From NCBI GenBank assembly GCA_012295275.1, contig CM022671.1, forward strand, positions 124,001 through 188,000: a stretch of DNA of 64,000 nt. The letters run 5' to 3'. Below the pieces are notes generated by a model, which saw only the letters and a list, made by a program, of their open reading frames with translations, was not told where the DNA came from and ran no database searches. Origin of the DNA: Chrysomallon squamiferum. Its lineage: Eukaryota > Animalia > Mollusca. This document shows, in pieces, positions 1 through 22,625 of this stretch (the first letter of the stretch is position 1; each line of letters opens with the position of its first letter). The position numbers were made by a program, and so were the translations under genes.

Positions 1-785
1 TGTCGACTGGTGTATTTTTATTTATATTTTACTGTGTCCTAAATAGAGATATGTGGAATGTATGTATGTGAGTATGCGTATAAAATTATACATATTTACA
101 CACACACACACACACCCACACATAAGTACACGGGCAGACACATACATACTCGCGCACATACACATGTATATATAATTACACATATATTCACAGACAACTT
201 AGAATGGGTAAATGTTTGTGTATTTTTGTGTATGTGTATGTGTAAGTGTGTTTGTCTGTCTGTCTGTCTAGCTATCTCTCTTCTGTCAATCTATGTTTGT
301 CTGTGTGTGTGCATGCTTATTTGTGTCACATGCACAGGTGAGCCTGTATTATACCTGTAAGTATATATTTGCAGATGACCAAACTTTGTGAATGTCTGCA
401 GTCTTTCAGTTACGTAGTTATCTGCATTAACCTACGCTGTATTATTATTTGCCACTCTATTGAGGTGCTACTCTGGATTTACTGAACAAGAGACAGAGTA
501 AAATGTAAAGAATAATTTGAACATTACCGGCTATAACCGAAAAGCCTGCCAAGCAAAATGTATCTGTTTAATCATGTGACGCGCCAACTTGTTCTAACAT
601 CGGCAGTTGTAAGTGAAATAGTTCTCTGTTATTTACACAGATAAACAATAACACACAGAGATCAATACTATATTAATAATATTTCGGAAAAGTGGTTATT
701 CAATTTTATTTATTTATTATTTTCACCGTTATTATTATTAGTGTTGTTATTATTATTATTATTATTATTGTTATTATTATTATTA

Positions 786-816
<31 letters not shown>

Positions 817-1983
817 CATCATCATTATCAACATTGTTGTTGTTCTTTTTCATTCTTCTTCTTCTTATTATTTTTATTATAATTATTATGACAATATTTT
901 TGTTTTTATCAATAACCGAAACAACAACAACAACAAAGAGAAAACAACAACAAAAACAATCAGACACTGTAATCCATATGTTGTCAGTAAGATGTCAGAA
1001 TTTTTTTATATTCTGAAAATTGATTTTACACAACAGTTGTCATATTGCAAGTTGTGATATCAAATCTACATAAAAGAAACAGTATCCGAATTTTAATTAA
1101 ATCTGTTATTTTACGATTCGGTAGATTCAATGGGAACAACAACAAATGTATTAAGACTTTTTTTAAATTTGCTTTTTATTACACCTACTGGTAATGAACT
1201 AATTAATATAAAATGTTTTTATTGATTAATTTGCATTATACATTATTTTTATTATGATAGTATTATATAAATAGTCTGCACATTATAGAGAAGTGAAAAA
1301 TAAACATGGCATCTAGAAACAGTGGTTTTCTACAAGGTGTCGTTTCATCATGTGATAACAGTGTCACTTTGTTAACCAGGAAATTATATATGTATGTGTA
1401 TGTATGTATATTACAAAGTAGTATATGCGCATATACACACACATAAACACACACATAAACACACACATTCACACACACATTCACACATACATTCACACAA
1501 ATATATATATACATACACTCATATATACAAACGCAAACATCGATATATTCTATGTAAGCACGAAATACCAGTGTATAATTATTAGACAGGTATCTCTAGC
1601 AATAAACTATTGTGCTTACGGTAATACAAAATAAAACATTTGATATGAAGGAAGGAAGTGTAAGAGACAATGATAAAACAGGAAGCCCTTGAGTCGTGTG
1701 CATAACTTTGCAGACAAATGAACAAACAGATCAAAGAAGAACGCCATATCTACCTATTTTAAAATTACCATTTGTTAGATACAACATATATTTTATTTGA
1801 GCAGTGTTGTAACTTCACAGAGCAAACTGTCAGGTCTATTCATTTCGGTTTTAAATAAAAGTAAAATTACCGCGACTTTGGCGTACATTTTACTTATATA
1901 AATCACGCTGTGAGCACTGGCTGTCACGACCTAACTCATAAAGGGTTAAGCTTTATTATTTTTATTATTTTATTTAAAAACAG

Positions 1984-2092
1984 GTCAAGAAAGATACAGA
2001 AGTCTAACAGCATCTTACTATAGAGGCGCTCATGGCTGCGTTATCATGTATGACGTCACAAGCGAAGTTACTTTTGAAAATGTTCGTACATG
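1984..2092 (+). CDS. Rab-like small GTPase A, internal exon (G3/switch II region); upstream exon outside the window
   Basis: Acceptor ...aaacag|GT CAA GAA; translates [37 protein letters not shown] (Rab1-like RabF3/F4/F5 region); donor tg|gttcgt; 109 nt, same length and phases as exon 2 of paralog B. Confidence 0.93.
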
Positions 2093-2519
2093 GTTCGTAT
2101 TTGTTTTTGTTTTTTAACTTATTATTATTACTGTTTGTTTGTTTGTTTATCTATATGAAAGTGCAGTAGCTGTACACAGGTGCAAGTATTAATTCTACAT
2201 AACAAACAACAACAATTACAAATTAATTTGTTTTAAATCGAAATAAAGGGTCTAAACTGAGTTGTTATGGATTTTATTTTATTTTTCTGTAAATAATAAT
2301 TCCTAAGTGGGACTTCTACAGCTTCCTGTACCTGAGTGTCTGCTATACAGAATCTGCAGACAGGACATTTATAGCTACCAGTAATTCAAGCATAGGATGT
2401 GAAGTAACCAATTGTCACACAGCATTTTATAATTAATAGACATCAATCTTAACAGACTGTGTTTTGATATTTTATAACATATAGTTTGCAGAAAAAGATT
2501 AAAATCCCACCAAGAACGT

Positions 2520-2590
<71 letters not shown>

Positions 2591-2724
2591 ACAAAACACA
2601 CGAGAAGAAACATACATAATATTTCTACAATGTACAAAAGCTTAAAGTCTTTTCACGCTTCAATCTATCGGTGCATTTAACAAAGCATGCAGGTTTAAGA
2701 TACTTGTTTTCCAATACATTGCAG

Positions 2725-3019
2725 GTTTGATGATCTCGATATCTACGGGTCACAGGGTATGCCAACAATTCTAGTTGGGGCTAAATGTGCGTCAGAAAAC
2801 CGTCAGGTGACTCCAGAACGAGGTGAGAAATTCGCCGAGCACATGAACGTTCCCTTTATGGAAATCGATTCAGAAAAAAACAATAATGTCACGAATTTGC
2901 TGGACTCCATTGTTGATTTGGTGATTGATCGCGTGTCACAGTCAGCTGACCTGCAACAACCAATCTCAGTGTCTCTAAACTCTCCACAGACTCATTCGAA
3001 AAGTTGCTGCAGATGTTGA
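2725..3019 (+). CDS. Rab-like small GTPase A, terminal exon
   Basis: Acceptor ttgcag|G completes the split Trp codon in frame; (W)FDDLDIYGSQGMPTILVGAKCASENRQVTPERGEKFAEHMNVPFMEIDSE...HSKSCCRC-stop; C-terminal CxC/CC geranylgeranylation motif. Confidence 0.92.
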
Positions 3020-4041
3020 CGACCAAAATAACTTGATGAAATAATTAATCAGTTGATCAGTCAGTCAGACAGTCGATCAGGTCAGTTATGTAACAGATCT
3101 GAAGAACGTTTAAATTTCCATCATAGTAAAAGCGGTCATTATATGTTGTTGATACAATTTGAAAGGATGTGATGAAGTGATTTGTAAAAGGAAAAAACCA
3201 TCATAATAATAGTAATTGGAACTCCCTTTTGAACCATAAAAGTAATTAATACGAATATTGTTGATGCATGTAAGATACAGTACAGTGCCTAAGCAGTGAC
3301 AGACACAGTGCAGTCAGCCTGTCATATTGCAGATCCAAATTCTGAATTTCAGAATAAATTATATGACATGGTGATGTTAGATATAATTTTCAAGATATGA
3401 TTTTCACAACAACAACGACATCATCATCATCATCATCATCAACAACAACAACTACAACAACAACAATAATTTTAGAAGAACCAGAAGAAATAGAAAAAAG
3501 GGTTGCTGTCGGTCGGGATAAATTAGGGCTCTGTTTTCACATAATTCTTTTTAAATTCTTTTTATTTTACTTCGGATTATTTAGCGCATGATAAAGTACC
3601 CGAAAATCTAATTTTTTATTATTATTATTTTTTTTTTTTTCATCTAACTATAATATTACAAATACTTAATATAGAAAATTAATGATATCCTTGGCATTTC
3701 GATAAAATGAAGACTGTAACAAAGAGAACGACTTTCAAATGCCTTTGTCAACATTTTCTGCATCTCAATCGTCATGCTTATCGGAAAACAAGTTGCGCAT
3801 TTTATTAGATGTTACCGGTAGATAACATAAACTGTATTCTTCAAAATGTCTTCTTTCACCTTTGATTCCACGTCTGTGTCAAAGATCTTGCTGTGAAGAG
3901 CAAATTACAAATGTGTTCAGAGAAAAGCATTTCTGAGTAATGATCAGTGTTCATAAACATCCCGGTTTTATATTTCACTGTTTTATACTGATACGCATAT
4001 ATAATTTTTATATGCTGTTTTAGGGTACTTGTTCTGAAGGT

Positions 4042-4246
4042 GTGTGTCTGTGTTATGTATGTGTGTGTGTCTATGTGAGTGTGTATGTGTGTGTCTATGT
4101 GAGTGTGTATGTGTGTGTCTATGTGAGTGTGTATGTGTGTGTCTATGTGAGTGTGTATGTGTGTGTCTATGTGAGTGTGTATGTGTGTGTCTATGTGAGT
4201 GTGTATGTGTGTGTCTATGTGAGTGTGTGTGTGTGTGTATGTGTGT

Positions 4247-4337
<91 letters not shown>

Positions 4338-4406
4338 TATGTGTGTGTATATGTGTGTCTATGTGAGTGTGTATGTGAGTGTGTATGTGTGTGTGTGTGT
4401 GTGTCT

Positions 4407-4449
<43 letters not shown>

Positions 4450-4815
4450 TGTCTGTGTGACATGTGTATGTGTGTGTATGTGAGTGTGTATGTGTGTGTC
4501 TATGTGAGTGTGTATGTGAATGTGTGGTTAGATGATGTCTACACACACACATACATTCACGTATATACATACATACATACATACATTATACATACATACA
4601 CACATGCATACATCAATATAAACGTATGTACATAACAGATGTATACATACATAGATACATACATACCTGCTTACATACCTGCATGTCTGCCTACTTATCT
4701 GTCTACATACAAACATATATTCACCTACATACATACATACATAAATACATATATACATACATATGTATATATATACACACATACACAAATACATACATGC
4801 ATACATACGTACACA
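4042..4815. repeat. Compound (TG)n block with a 24-bp unit (GTGTATGTGTGTGTCTATGTGAGT), followed by an (ATAC)n-rich block
   Basis: Direct reading. Confidence 0.9.
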
Positions 4816-6112
4816 TGTATGTGATAACGTATCTTTGAATTTATTAAATTTAGTATTCTAGACCGGTGGTTATTTCAAAATAACAATAATAATAGATCTT
4901 CAGTTTACTTAACAGATGACTTTTTTGAAATCTTACAAAAACTGTATTTAATTTATTGTTTTTATACCAGTTTTAATTGTTGTTGTTTCTATTTATTTCA
5001 TTATGTATGATTAACATGTTAACAATGTTGACAGCGGTGATTTTTTGATGTATGTGATAGTTACATTAATTTATTCTCATTCAAAGATTATATTTGATCA
5101 TCATAATCACAACAATCAAAATCATTATCATCAACATCATCATCGCCATCATCACTATCATCACCACCATCATTATCATGATCACCATCATCAACATCAA
5201 TGAAACTTATAATTAAACGTAACAGAACTCACTTAACGGACTCATAATGTGATATGTAAAAGATAACACCTACAGTTACAAATGGATTTTAAGATAAACT
5301 TGGAGACAGAGTACACATATTCTTCATTTCCAACAACAAATGTTACTATAATAAAAAAAAATATAAAATGTAAAATTTTCCATTCCAACCTGTGCTCGAC
5401 AAGATGATTGGTTTACAAAATTCAAACTACAATAGAGTTGATGACATTTGCAAGATTCATTATGATGTTATCAATTGTAATGAATGGTACGGTTAAAAAA
5501 AAAAAAAAAAAAAGAAGCGAAATTTGCTAATTTTATTCGCTGTTTCACTTTCTGAATTTAAAAAAAAAAAAAAAAAAAATATGACGTCTTTGCAAAGTTA
5601 GTTACTATCCTTTTCCATTTAGTTACGTGCTGCAGTTTGTTACAATTTATTTCTAGTTCTAACTTACAGTAACAAATAAAATGCGATTTTGAAATATGTA
5701 ACATATGTTTATGTTTTTGTAAACTGTTATAAAATTAGAATATAATATCAAACTGTTTTGTTTTTCTTTTCACAGTTGTCTGTGTCTTCAAGCTATCATC
5801 TTTCAGTACATGTGACATATTTTCACAATTCAAACTGTCACAACCACATGCATAAATCAGTTCTCTGTGTAAAATGTAACGTTCATGATCTCTGCGTATT
5901 TTTATTCACCTAAATAGTGACATGATATTAAAGTACATTCTAGCCATACTAACACATCTGGTTTATGAAACGATGTCACATCTGTTTTCCTGTCTATGGA
6001 ATTTGGACTTAACCCGTGCTTCATTAATGTGATAGCGAACAACATGCTGGAACGAAGGTGTTTCGTTTAAGCTTGTTTTTGACAGGCCTGTAGTCTAGTT
6101 CTTGAAGATCTG

Positions 6113-6604
6113 TACGTTAGTTTTTGACATATCTGTAAGCTACTTTTTGAAGGTTTGTACGTTAGTTTTTGACAGATCTGTAAGCTACTTTTTGAAGGTT
6201 TGTACGTTAGTTTTTGACAGATCTCTACGTTAGTTTTTGACATATCTGTAAGCTACTTTTTGAAGGTTTGTACGTTAGTTTTGACAGATCTCTACGTTAG
6301 TTTTTGACAGATCTGTAAGCTACTTTTTGAAGGTTTGTACGTTAGTTTTTGACAGATCTCTACGTTAGTTTTTGACATATCTGTAAGCTACCTTTTGAAG
6401 GTTTATACGTTAGTTTTTGACAGATCTGTAAGCTACTTTTTGAAGGTTTGTACGTTAGTTTTTGACAGATCTCTACGTTAGTTTTTGACAGATCTGTAAG
6501 CTACTTTTTGAAGGTTTGTACGTTAGTTTTTGACAGATCTCTACGTTAGTTTTTGACAGATCTGTAAGCTACTTTTTGAAGGTTTGTACGTTAGTTTTTG
6601 ACAG
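6113..6604. repeat. Minisatellite of 22/23-bp related subunits arranged in 45- and 68-bp higher-order units
   Basis: TACGTTAGTTTTTGACAGATCT(C/G) (23 bp) alternating with TAAGCTACTTTTTGAAGGTTTG (22 bp). Confidence 0.92.
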
Positions 6605-7314
6605 ACCAGTACGCTGGTTTCTACCAATAGACAGTCACATATTACGATATCAACCCAGATACCGTCTTTTCAACATATCTGTCACGAAGCCCTGATTAAG
6701 TGTAAAATGTCATAGAAAACATATACCACATCGTTTCATAAACCAGTTTATCAATAAACAACTGACTGATATATTGTATATGCTGTTTTCATCTCATTAC
6801 TCATTTCATTGTTTTTAATTTATTAGGCGCGCATGCGTATAGCGTGTTTGTGATACATTTCCGTGTATTGGAATACGTTATCATAGTCATAGTGACAGTT
6901 CACGAAAAATCTAATATCTTTTACCAAGATTATTAAATAAATTATATTTCTATAGCTTTTGTTATTTTTTCATCCTGCGAACACTTCAGTCATCGTGGAT
7001 TCGCATCAGAATGTTTAAAAATAACAATTTGAAAAAAGAAAACCCGCGTTTTAATATATCTGAATAAATAAGTGTGTAGACAAATAAACAGAGGCACAAC
7101 CTAACTAACTAAACATAATTAAATAGATAAATAATTATATAAATATGTATATGGTTAGTGAGACATATATGTATTAGTGAAAGTATATTTCTATACATAC
7201 ACTCATATACATTTACTTATCTAACTACATATATACATACATTATATATTATATACCTACATTTATATACATACATACACAGAGATATTCTTTTCCGAAC
7301 AGAAAACAAATTAC

Positions 7315-7385
<71 letters not shown>

Positions 7386-7766
7386 GAATATATTGACATA
7401 TGATGATATATAAAAAACATTCACGGTCATGCATATAAGAACAGAAAATACAAAACATATTAATTTATATCAGAAGAGGTGAGAAAATAAAAAATAAAAA
7501 AATCATGTTTCAATTCAGAATTTGAATTTTATTTCTCAAAAAAAAAATTATTATGCTTTAAATCCATGTATATGTCTTTTGATACAATTATTTATTTATT
7601 TATTTATTTTTAAAGTGATGTTTCAAATCCGTATTTAATGAAATAAGTAAATAAATAAATAGTAATAATGAAATAATGAAATAATAATTTTAATATTGAT
7701 TTGATGTTTATTTATACAAGACATTTTTTATAAATTTTATCTTTCTCTCGATTTATCACAACATTG

Positions 7767-16486
<8,720 letters not shown>

Positions 16487-17308
16487 GTTTTGCTAGTTTC
16501 GATACTTCTGCAACAGATTAAGGGAAATAACTCTTGATTTTGATTGCTGTTTCCTGCCTTCTCTTTTTAATGAAAACAAAAAAATAAAATAAAAATAAAG
16601 AAATAAAATAAAATAAATCTAAGGTGAATTACGGACGTAAAGTTAAAATCAACAATATTAATAATGAACGAATAAACGAATAAATCGATAACCATGGACT
16701 AACAATATTAAATGTAATATTGATGACTAATAGATAATTGAATGAATGTTAACTGTATTGCAACATTTATTATTAATGTTTATTAAATATCAGCTTCGAA
16801 AGACAGAAACCAGCTGAAATCACTGCAAAACCTGCTTTTATTGCTTCGAGTAAGAATCGATTTTTGTATGTTTTCCCCTACCCAGGAAATGACATCAAAG
16901 CCTTTCAAAAACCAGTCGTGGGGAAATGGATAGAACGAGAAATTTTTCACAAAACGAGGAACAAGTTGGAATCGTAATAAAAGTGTAACAACAACAACAA
17001 TGATAATGATGATGATGATGATGATGGTGGTGATGATCATAATGACGATGATATCAAATGGTAACCTGATTCACATATTAAGACCTGATTCACATATCTT
17101 CTGATCTGAATATAATTTTAAAATGTCTAAAAAAAAAAGAAGAAAATAAACAAGAACAAAAAAAAAAAACCCGAAAAACCCCCTAAAACACAAACACATT
17201 TCCGAAATGAATATTTTTAGCTTTCTAGATCGCCGTAGGAAAAACCTTCACAGAATGAGTATATACATAAACAAATTTGTTCTCATTCTTTCACTCTAAC
17301 CTTTTTTC

Positions 17309-17399
<91 letters not shown>

Positions 17400-17556
17400 A
17401 TTAAATCGTCCATCATTATAATAAATCAGGCGCTTTATTCAGGGATATAAACGATAAAACTGGACTAATAGGTTTTTCCAGTTCCAGCCAGTATTTATGA
17501 AAGTACAAGAACATTAAAATCTGTGTTTTCCTAAATATGAGTAATTATTAAATGAC

Positions 17557-17638
<82 letters not shown>

Positions 17639-17669
17639 GTAGGTAGATCGTACTCTGGGATTCAGAATT

Positions 17670-17731
17670 TGTTTTCCTATACAACAGACCTTCCTAGCTT
17701 TGTTTTCCTATACAACAGACCTTCCTAGCTT
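17670..17731. repeat. Perfect 31-bp tandem duplication
   Basis: TGTTTTCCTATACAACAGACCTTCCTAGCTT twice. Confidence 0.85.
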
Positions 17732-18064
17732 GTAGTGCCGTTGTCAGAGAAGGAAACACTAACATAGTGTTATATACAAAGAGAATTGTAACATAAAACC
17801 ATTTCTGACCGGATTTTCCAAAATCCGGCTGCTATATATACACACACACACACATTTTTGTAATATAGAAAAAAGTGTTATATACATTGCTGTAACGTTG
17901 AGAACGACCTTTCATATTAAGTTATTTTGTCATGTTACAATAAATGGAATGAAACAGTTATATTTCCTGTTAACTGTTTAATATCACAAGAAATGTTTCA
18001 ACAACCCATCCTTTGTTTCTTAATGTTTTTCATTTTCTGTATCTTCAAATATCTCCATATTTAT

Positions 18065-18420
18065 ATTTATGAATGTATGTGTGTGTGTATGTATTAATGT
18101 ATGAATGTATGTGTGTGTATGTATTTATGTATGTAGGTGTGTGTATGTATTTATGAATGCATGTGTGTGTATGTATTTATGTATGAATGTATGTGTGTGT
18201 ATGTATTTATGAATGTATGTGTGTGTATGTATTTATATATGTATGTGTGTGTATGTATTTATATATGTATGTGTGTGTATGTATTTATATATGTATGTGT
18301 GTGTGTGTGTATTTATATATGTATGTGTGTGTATGTATTTATATATGTATGTGTGTGTATGTATTTATATATGTATGTGTGTGTGTATGTATGTATGTGT
18401 GTGTATGTATTTATGTATGT
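18065..18420. repeat. Compound TG/TA microsatellite with a ~26-bp unit
   Basis: GTATGTGTGTGTATGTATTTATATAT-like repeats. Confidence 0.85.
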
Positions 18421-18488
18421 TTTAATGCGTATATATACGTGTGAGTATTTGTGTATTTATACATCTATGTAATGCAATTTAAACATCC

Positions 18489-18534
<46 letters not shown>

Positions 18535-19294
18535 ATGCATGTATGTATATCTGGAGAGTTTAAACTCTAAAATAAAAAAGTAACACACAGTCAGCATTTT
18601 ATCAGTGGTGGCAGGTTCAGGCTGTCGAGACTTTGGTTCTTCCTCAAGGCTCTGCCTCTCTCTTAAATTCAACTTCGCACTTTTGCACTGGGCACAGCTG
18701 GATCATTAATGTAGCAAGCATATCAGCAAGAATAGTAGTGAGGACTAAGCATATTTTTCTGCAGGCAGCACGAATCCATATTTTGTCCATTTTCTCTAAA
18801 CAATGCTACTACTAACTTTTGAAGTCCTCTATGAACCACATGATGTGGATTTACCAGGAACTAAAGATTACAGTTTGTAATCAGAAGAGTTGAAATTATC
18901 ATCAATCCTTACATCGACAGTTTTATTTACTGATCCCTATTCAGAGAAAAGCTTTAATAAACAAACAGTTTACAAGTTAGTTACTAGAGATCCTGCCAAA
19001 GTTGAAAGGGGTCAGAACATTTGATTACTAGCATGTGAATCCACTTCTGGCGTGAATACATCCGAAACATCTTTGCCCGTTGCTGTTGATCAGTCGTCTG
19101 AACAAGCCTTGCCGTGCCTCTCTGATGCAGGAAGTTTCACTCGATGTTGCCGGAGTCGCGTAGTGATCCACTACTAAACTGATCCATGGCACATCCACCC
19201 ATTGTTGCTCGAAAAGTCCGCAGTCCGCAGCAGGACTGGGAGAACCTCGTCAACATATCCAACTCGTAACACACACAAGAGTTCTGGCATGACA

Positions 19295-20970
19295 CCTCAC
19301 GTAAAGTGGCTGACATCAGCGTACATGCTAATCCTACCCTCACGTAAAGTGGCTGACATCAGCGTACATGCTAATCCTACCCTCACGTAAAGTGGCTGTC
19401 TACACTGATCTAACTTGAACCTGACATCAGCTGACATCAATGTACATGCCAATCCTACCCTCAGGTCACGTGGCTGATACACTGATCTAACTTGAAGCTG
19501 ATATCAACGTACATGCTAATCCTACCCTCACGTCACGTGGCTGACATCAACGTACATGCTAATCCTACCCTCACGTCACGTGGCTGCCTATACTGATCTA
19601 ATTTGAAGCTGAATTCAACGTACATGCTAATCCTACCCTCAGGTCACGTGGCTGCCTACACTGATCTAATTTGAAGCTGACATCAATGTACATGCTAATC
19701 CTACCCTCACGTCACGTGGCTGACATCAACGTACAGGCTAATCCTACCCTCACGTCACGTGGCTGCGTGAACTGATCTAATTTGAAGCTGACATCAATGT
19801 ACATGCTAATCCTACCCTCACGTCAAGTGGCTGACATCAACGTACATACTAATCCTACCCTCACGTAAAGTGGCTGACATCAGCGTACATGCTAATCCTA
19901 CCCTCGCGTCAAGTGGCTGACATCAGCGTACATGCTAATCCTACCCTCACATCAAGTGGCTGACATCATCGTACATGCTAATCCTACCCTCACGTCAAGT
20001 GGCTGACATCAGCGTACATGCTAATCCTACCCTCACGTCAAGTGGCTGACATCAACGTACATGCTAATCCTACCCTCACGTCAAGTGGCTGACATCAACG
20101 TACATACTAATCCTACCCTCACGTAAAGTGGCTGACATCAACGTACAGGCTAATCCTACCCTCATGTCAAGTGGCTGACATCAACGTACATGCTAATCCT
20201 ACCCTCACGTCAAGTGGCTGTCTACACTGATCTAACATGAAGCTGACATCAACGTACATGCTAATCCTACCCTCACGTCAAGTGGCTGACATCAACGTAC
20301 ATGCTAATCCTACCCTCACGTCAAGTGGCTGACATCAGAGAACATGCTAATCCTACCCTCATTTCAAGTGGCTGACATCAACGTACATGCTAATCCTACC
20401 CTCACGTCAAGTGGCTGACATCAACGTACATGCTAATCCTACCCTCACGTCAAGTGGCTGACATCAGAGTACATGCTAATCCTACCCTCACGTCAAGTGG
20501 CTGACATCAACGTACATGCTAATCCTACCCTCACGTCAAGTGGCTAACATCAACGTACATGCTAATCCTACCCTCACGTCAAGTGGCTGACATCAACGTA
20601 CATGCTAATCCTACCCTCACGTCAAGTGGCTGACATCAACGTACATGCTAATCCTACCCTCACATCAAGTGGCTGAATTCAATGTACATGCTAATCCTAC
20701 CCCCAGGTCACGTGGCTATCTACACTGATCTAACTTGAAAACTGACATCAGCGTACATGCTAATCCTACCCTCACGTCAAGTGGCTGACATCAACGTACA
20801 TGCTAATCCTACCCTCACGTCAAGTGGCTGACATCAACGTACATGCTAATCCTACCCTCACATCAAGTGGCTGAATTCAACGTACATGCTAATCCTACCC
20901 TCAGGCCACGTGGCTGTCTACACTGATCTAACTTGAAACTGACATCAGCGTACATGCTAATCCTACACTC
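19295..20970. repeat. 43-bp minisatellite (about 35 units) with interspersed 68-bp variants carrying a 25-bp insert
   Basis: CTGACATCAACGTACATGCTAATCCTACCCTCACGTCAAGTGG; insert (T/C)CTACACTGATCTAACTTGAAGCTG bounded by a GCTG direct repeat. Confidence 0.95.
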
Positions 20971-21760
<790 letters not shown>

Positions 21761-22625
21761 TGTGTATATATATAGTTGTACGTGTATTTATTAAATGAAT
21801 GCAACATGACATTTGGCATTCTTGCTGTTCCTCGAGGCATAACGTTGATATGCATGATTAACTCCTTTAATTTTTTATTTTGTATAGCTTTTACACGTTC
21901 CGGTCGCTGCTTTAGGAATTCTGTGTAAAAATATACATAAATGTAATTTACTTGCCTTCGTTTTATCTTTTATGTATTACTTCGGGATACTCTTCATATA
22001 AAATTAATTACTCTCTTTTTTTCTGCTGGGTTGGGTCGTTCCGCTGTATTGGTTCACTAAAGTTTCTCTACTGCTTTGTGTAACACAGCTGCTGACGTTT
22101 CATACAGATGACGCTTAGAATTATTTATATATGAAAAATAAAAATAGAGAAATGAGTTTTGCATTGTGTTGTTTTCTTTGTCATCATAAAGCAATGGCAC
22201 GTACATCGTTTGCTTTTTGCAACCAAGATAAAAAAAATATATATTTCCAGCAAAACATTTAGACTCGATTGTGTCGTGCTTAGCGTGTATTCTGCAGTCA
22301 TGTCCCGGGCCTCAAGGTTAAATCATGAGTGGGTCAGTAATCTGAGCCAGTGTCACTGAAACGCAAGTTGTTCTCTCTGACAACTCTGATATGTTTCTGG
22401 TTTAAGCTAACAGCGTCTATTCAAGGCGTGCACTCACCTCTTCGTGGCTATACAACAAAGCTATTTTATATGATGTGCTGTTTTACATACCACAGTTTAC
22501 TCCTACATAATAATAGTGTGCGATAAATTAAACTACACAATACCACACTACATTACATTAACTTACATTATACTACAGTACTCTGCAAAAAACTAAACTT
22601 CTGTTAGTGTTTTGTTGCGTACCTT

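Noticed and set aside
58-1634. Numerous CV/HT/YI/poly-L/poly-N ORFs here and throughout the window
   Set aside because: Microsatellite translations; none encodes the missing exon 1 (P-loop) of Rab-like A.
1684-1950. AAAGGGTTAA resembling a piggyBac end
   Set aside because: No matching TTAACCCT left end or TTAA duplication found.
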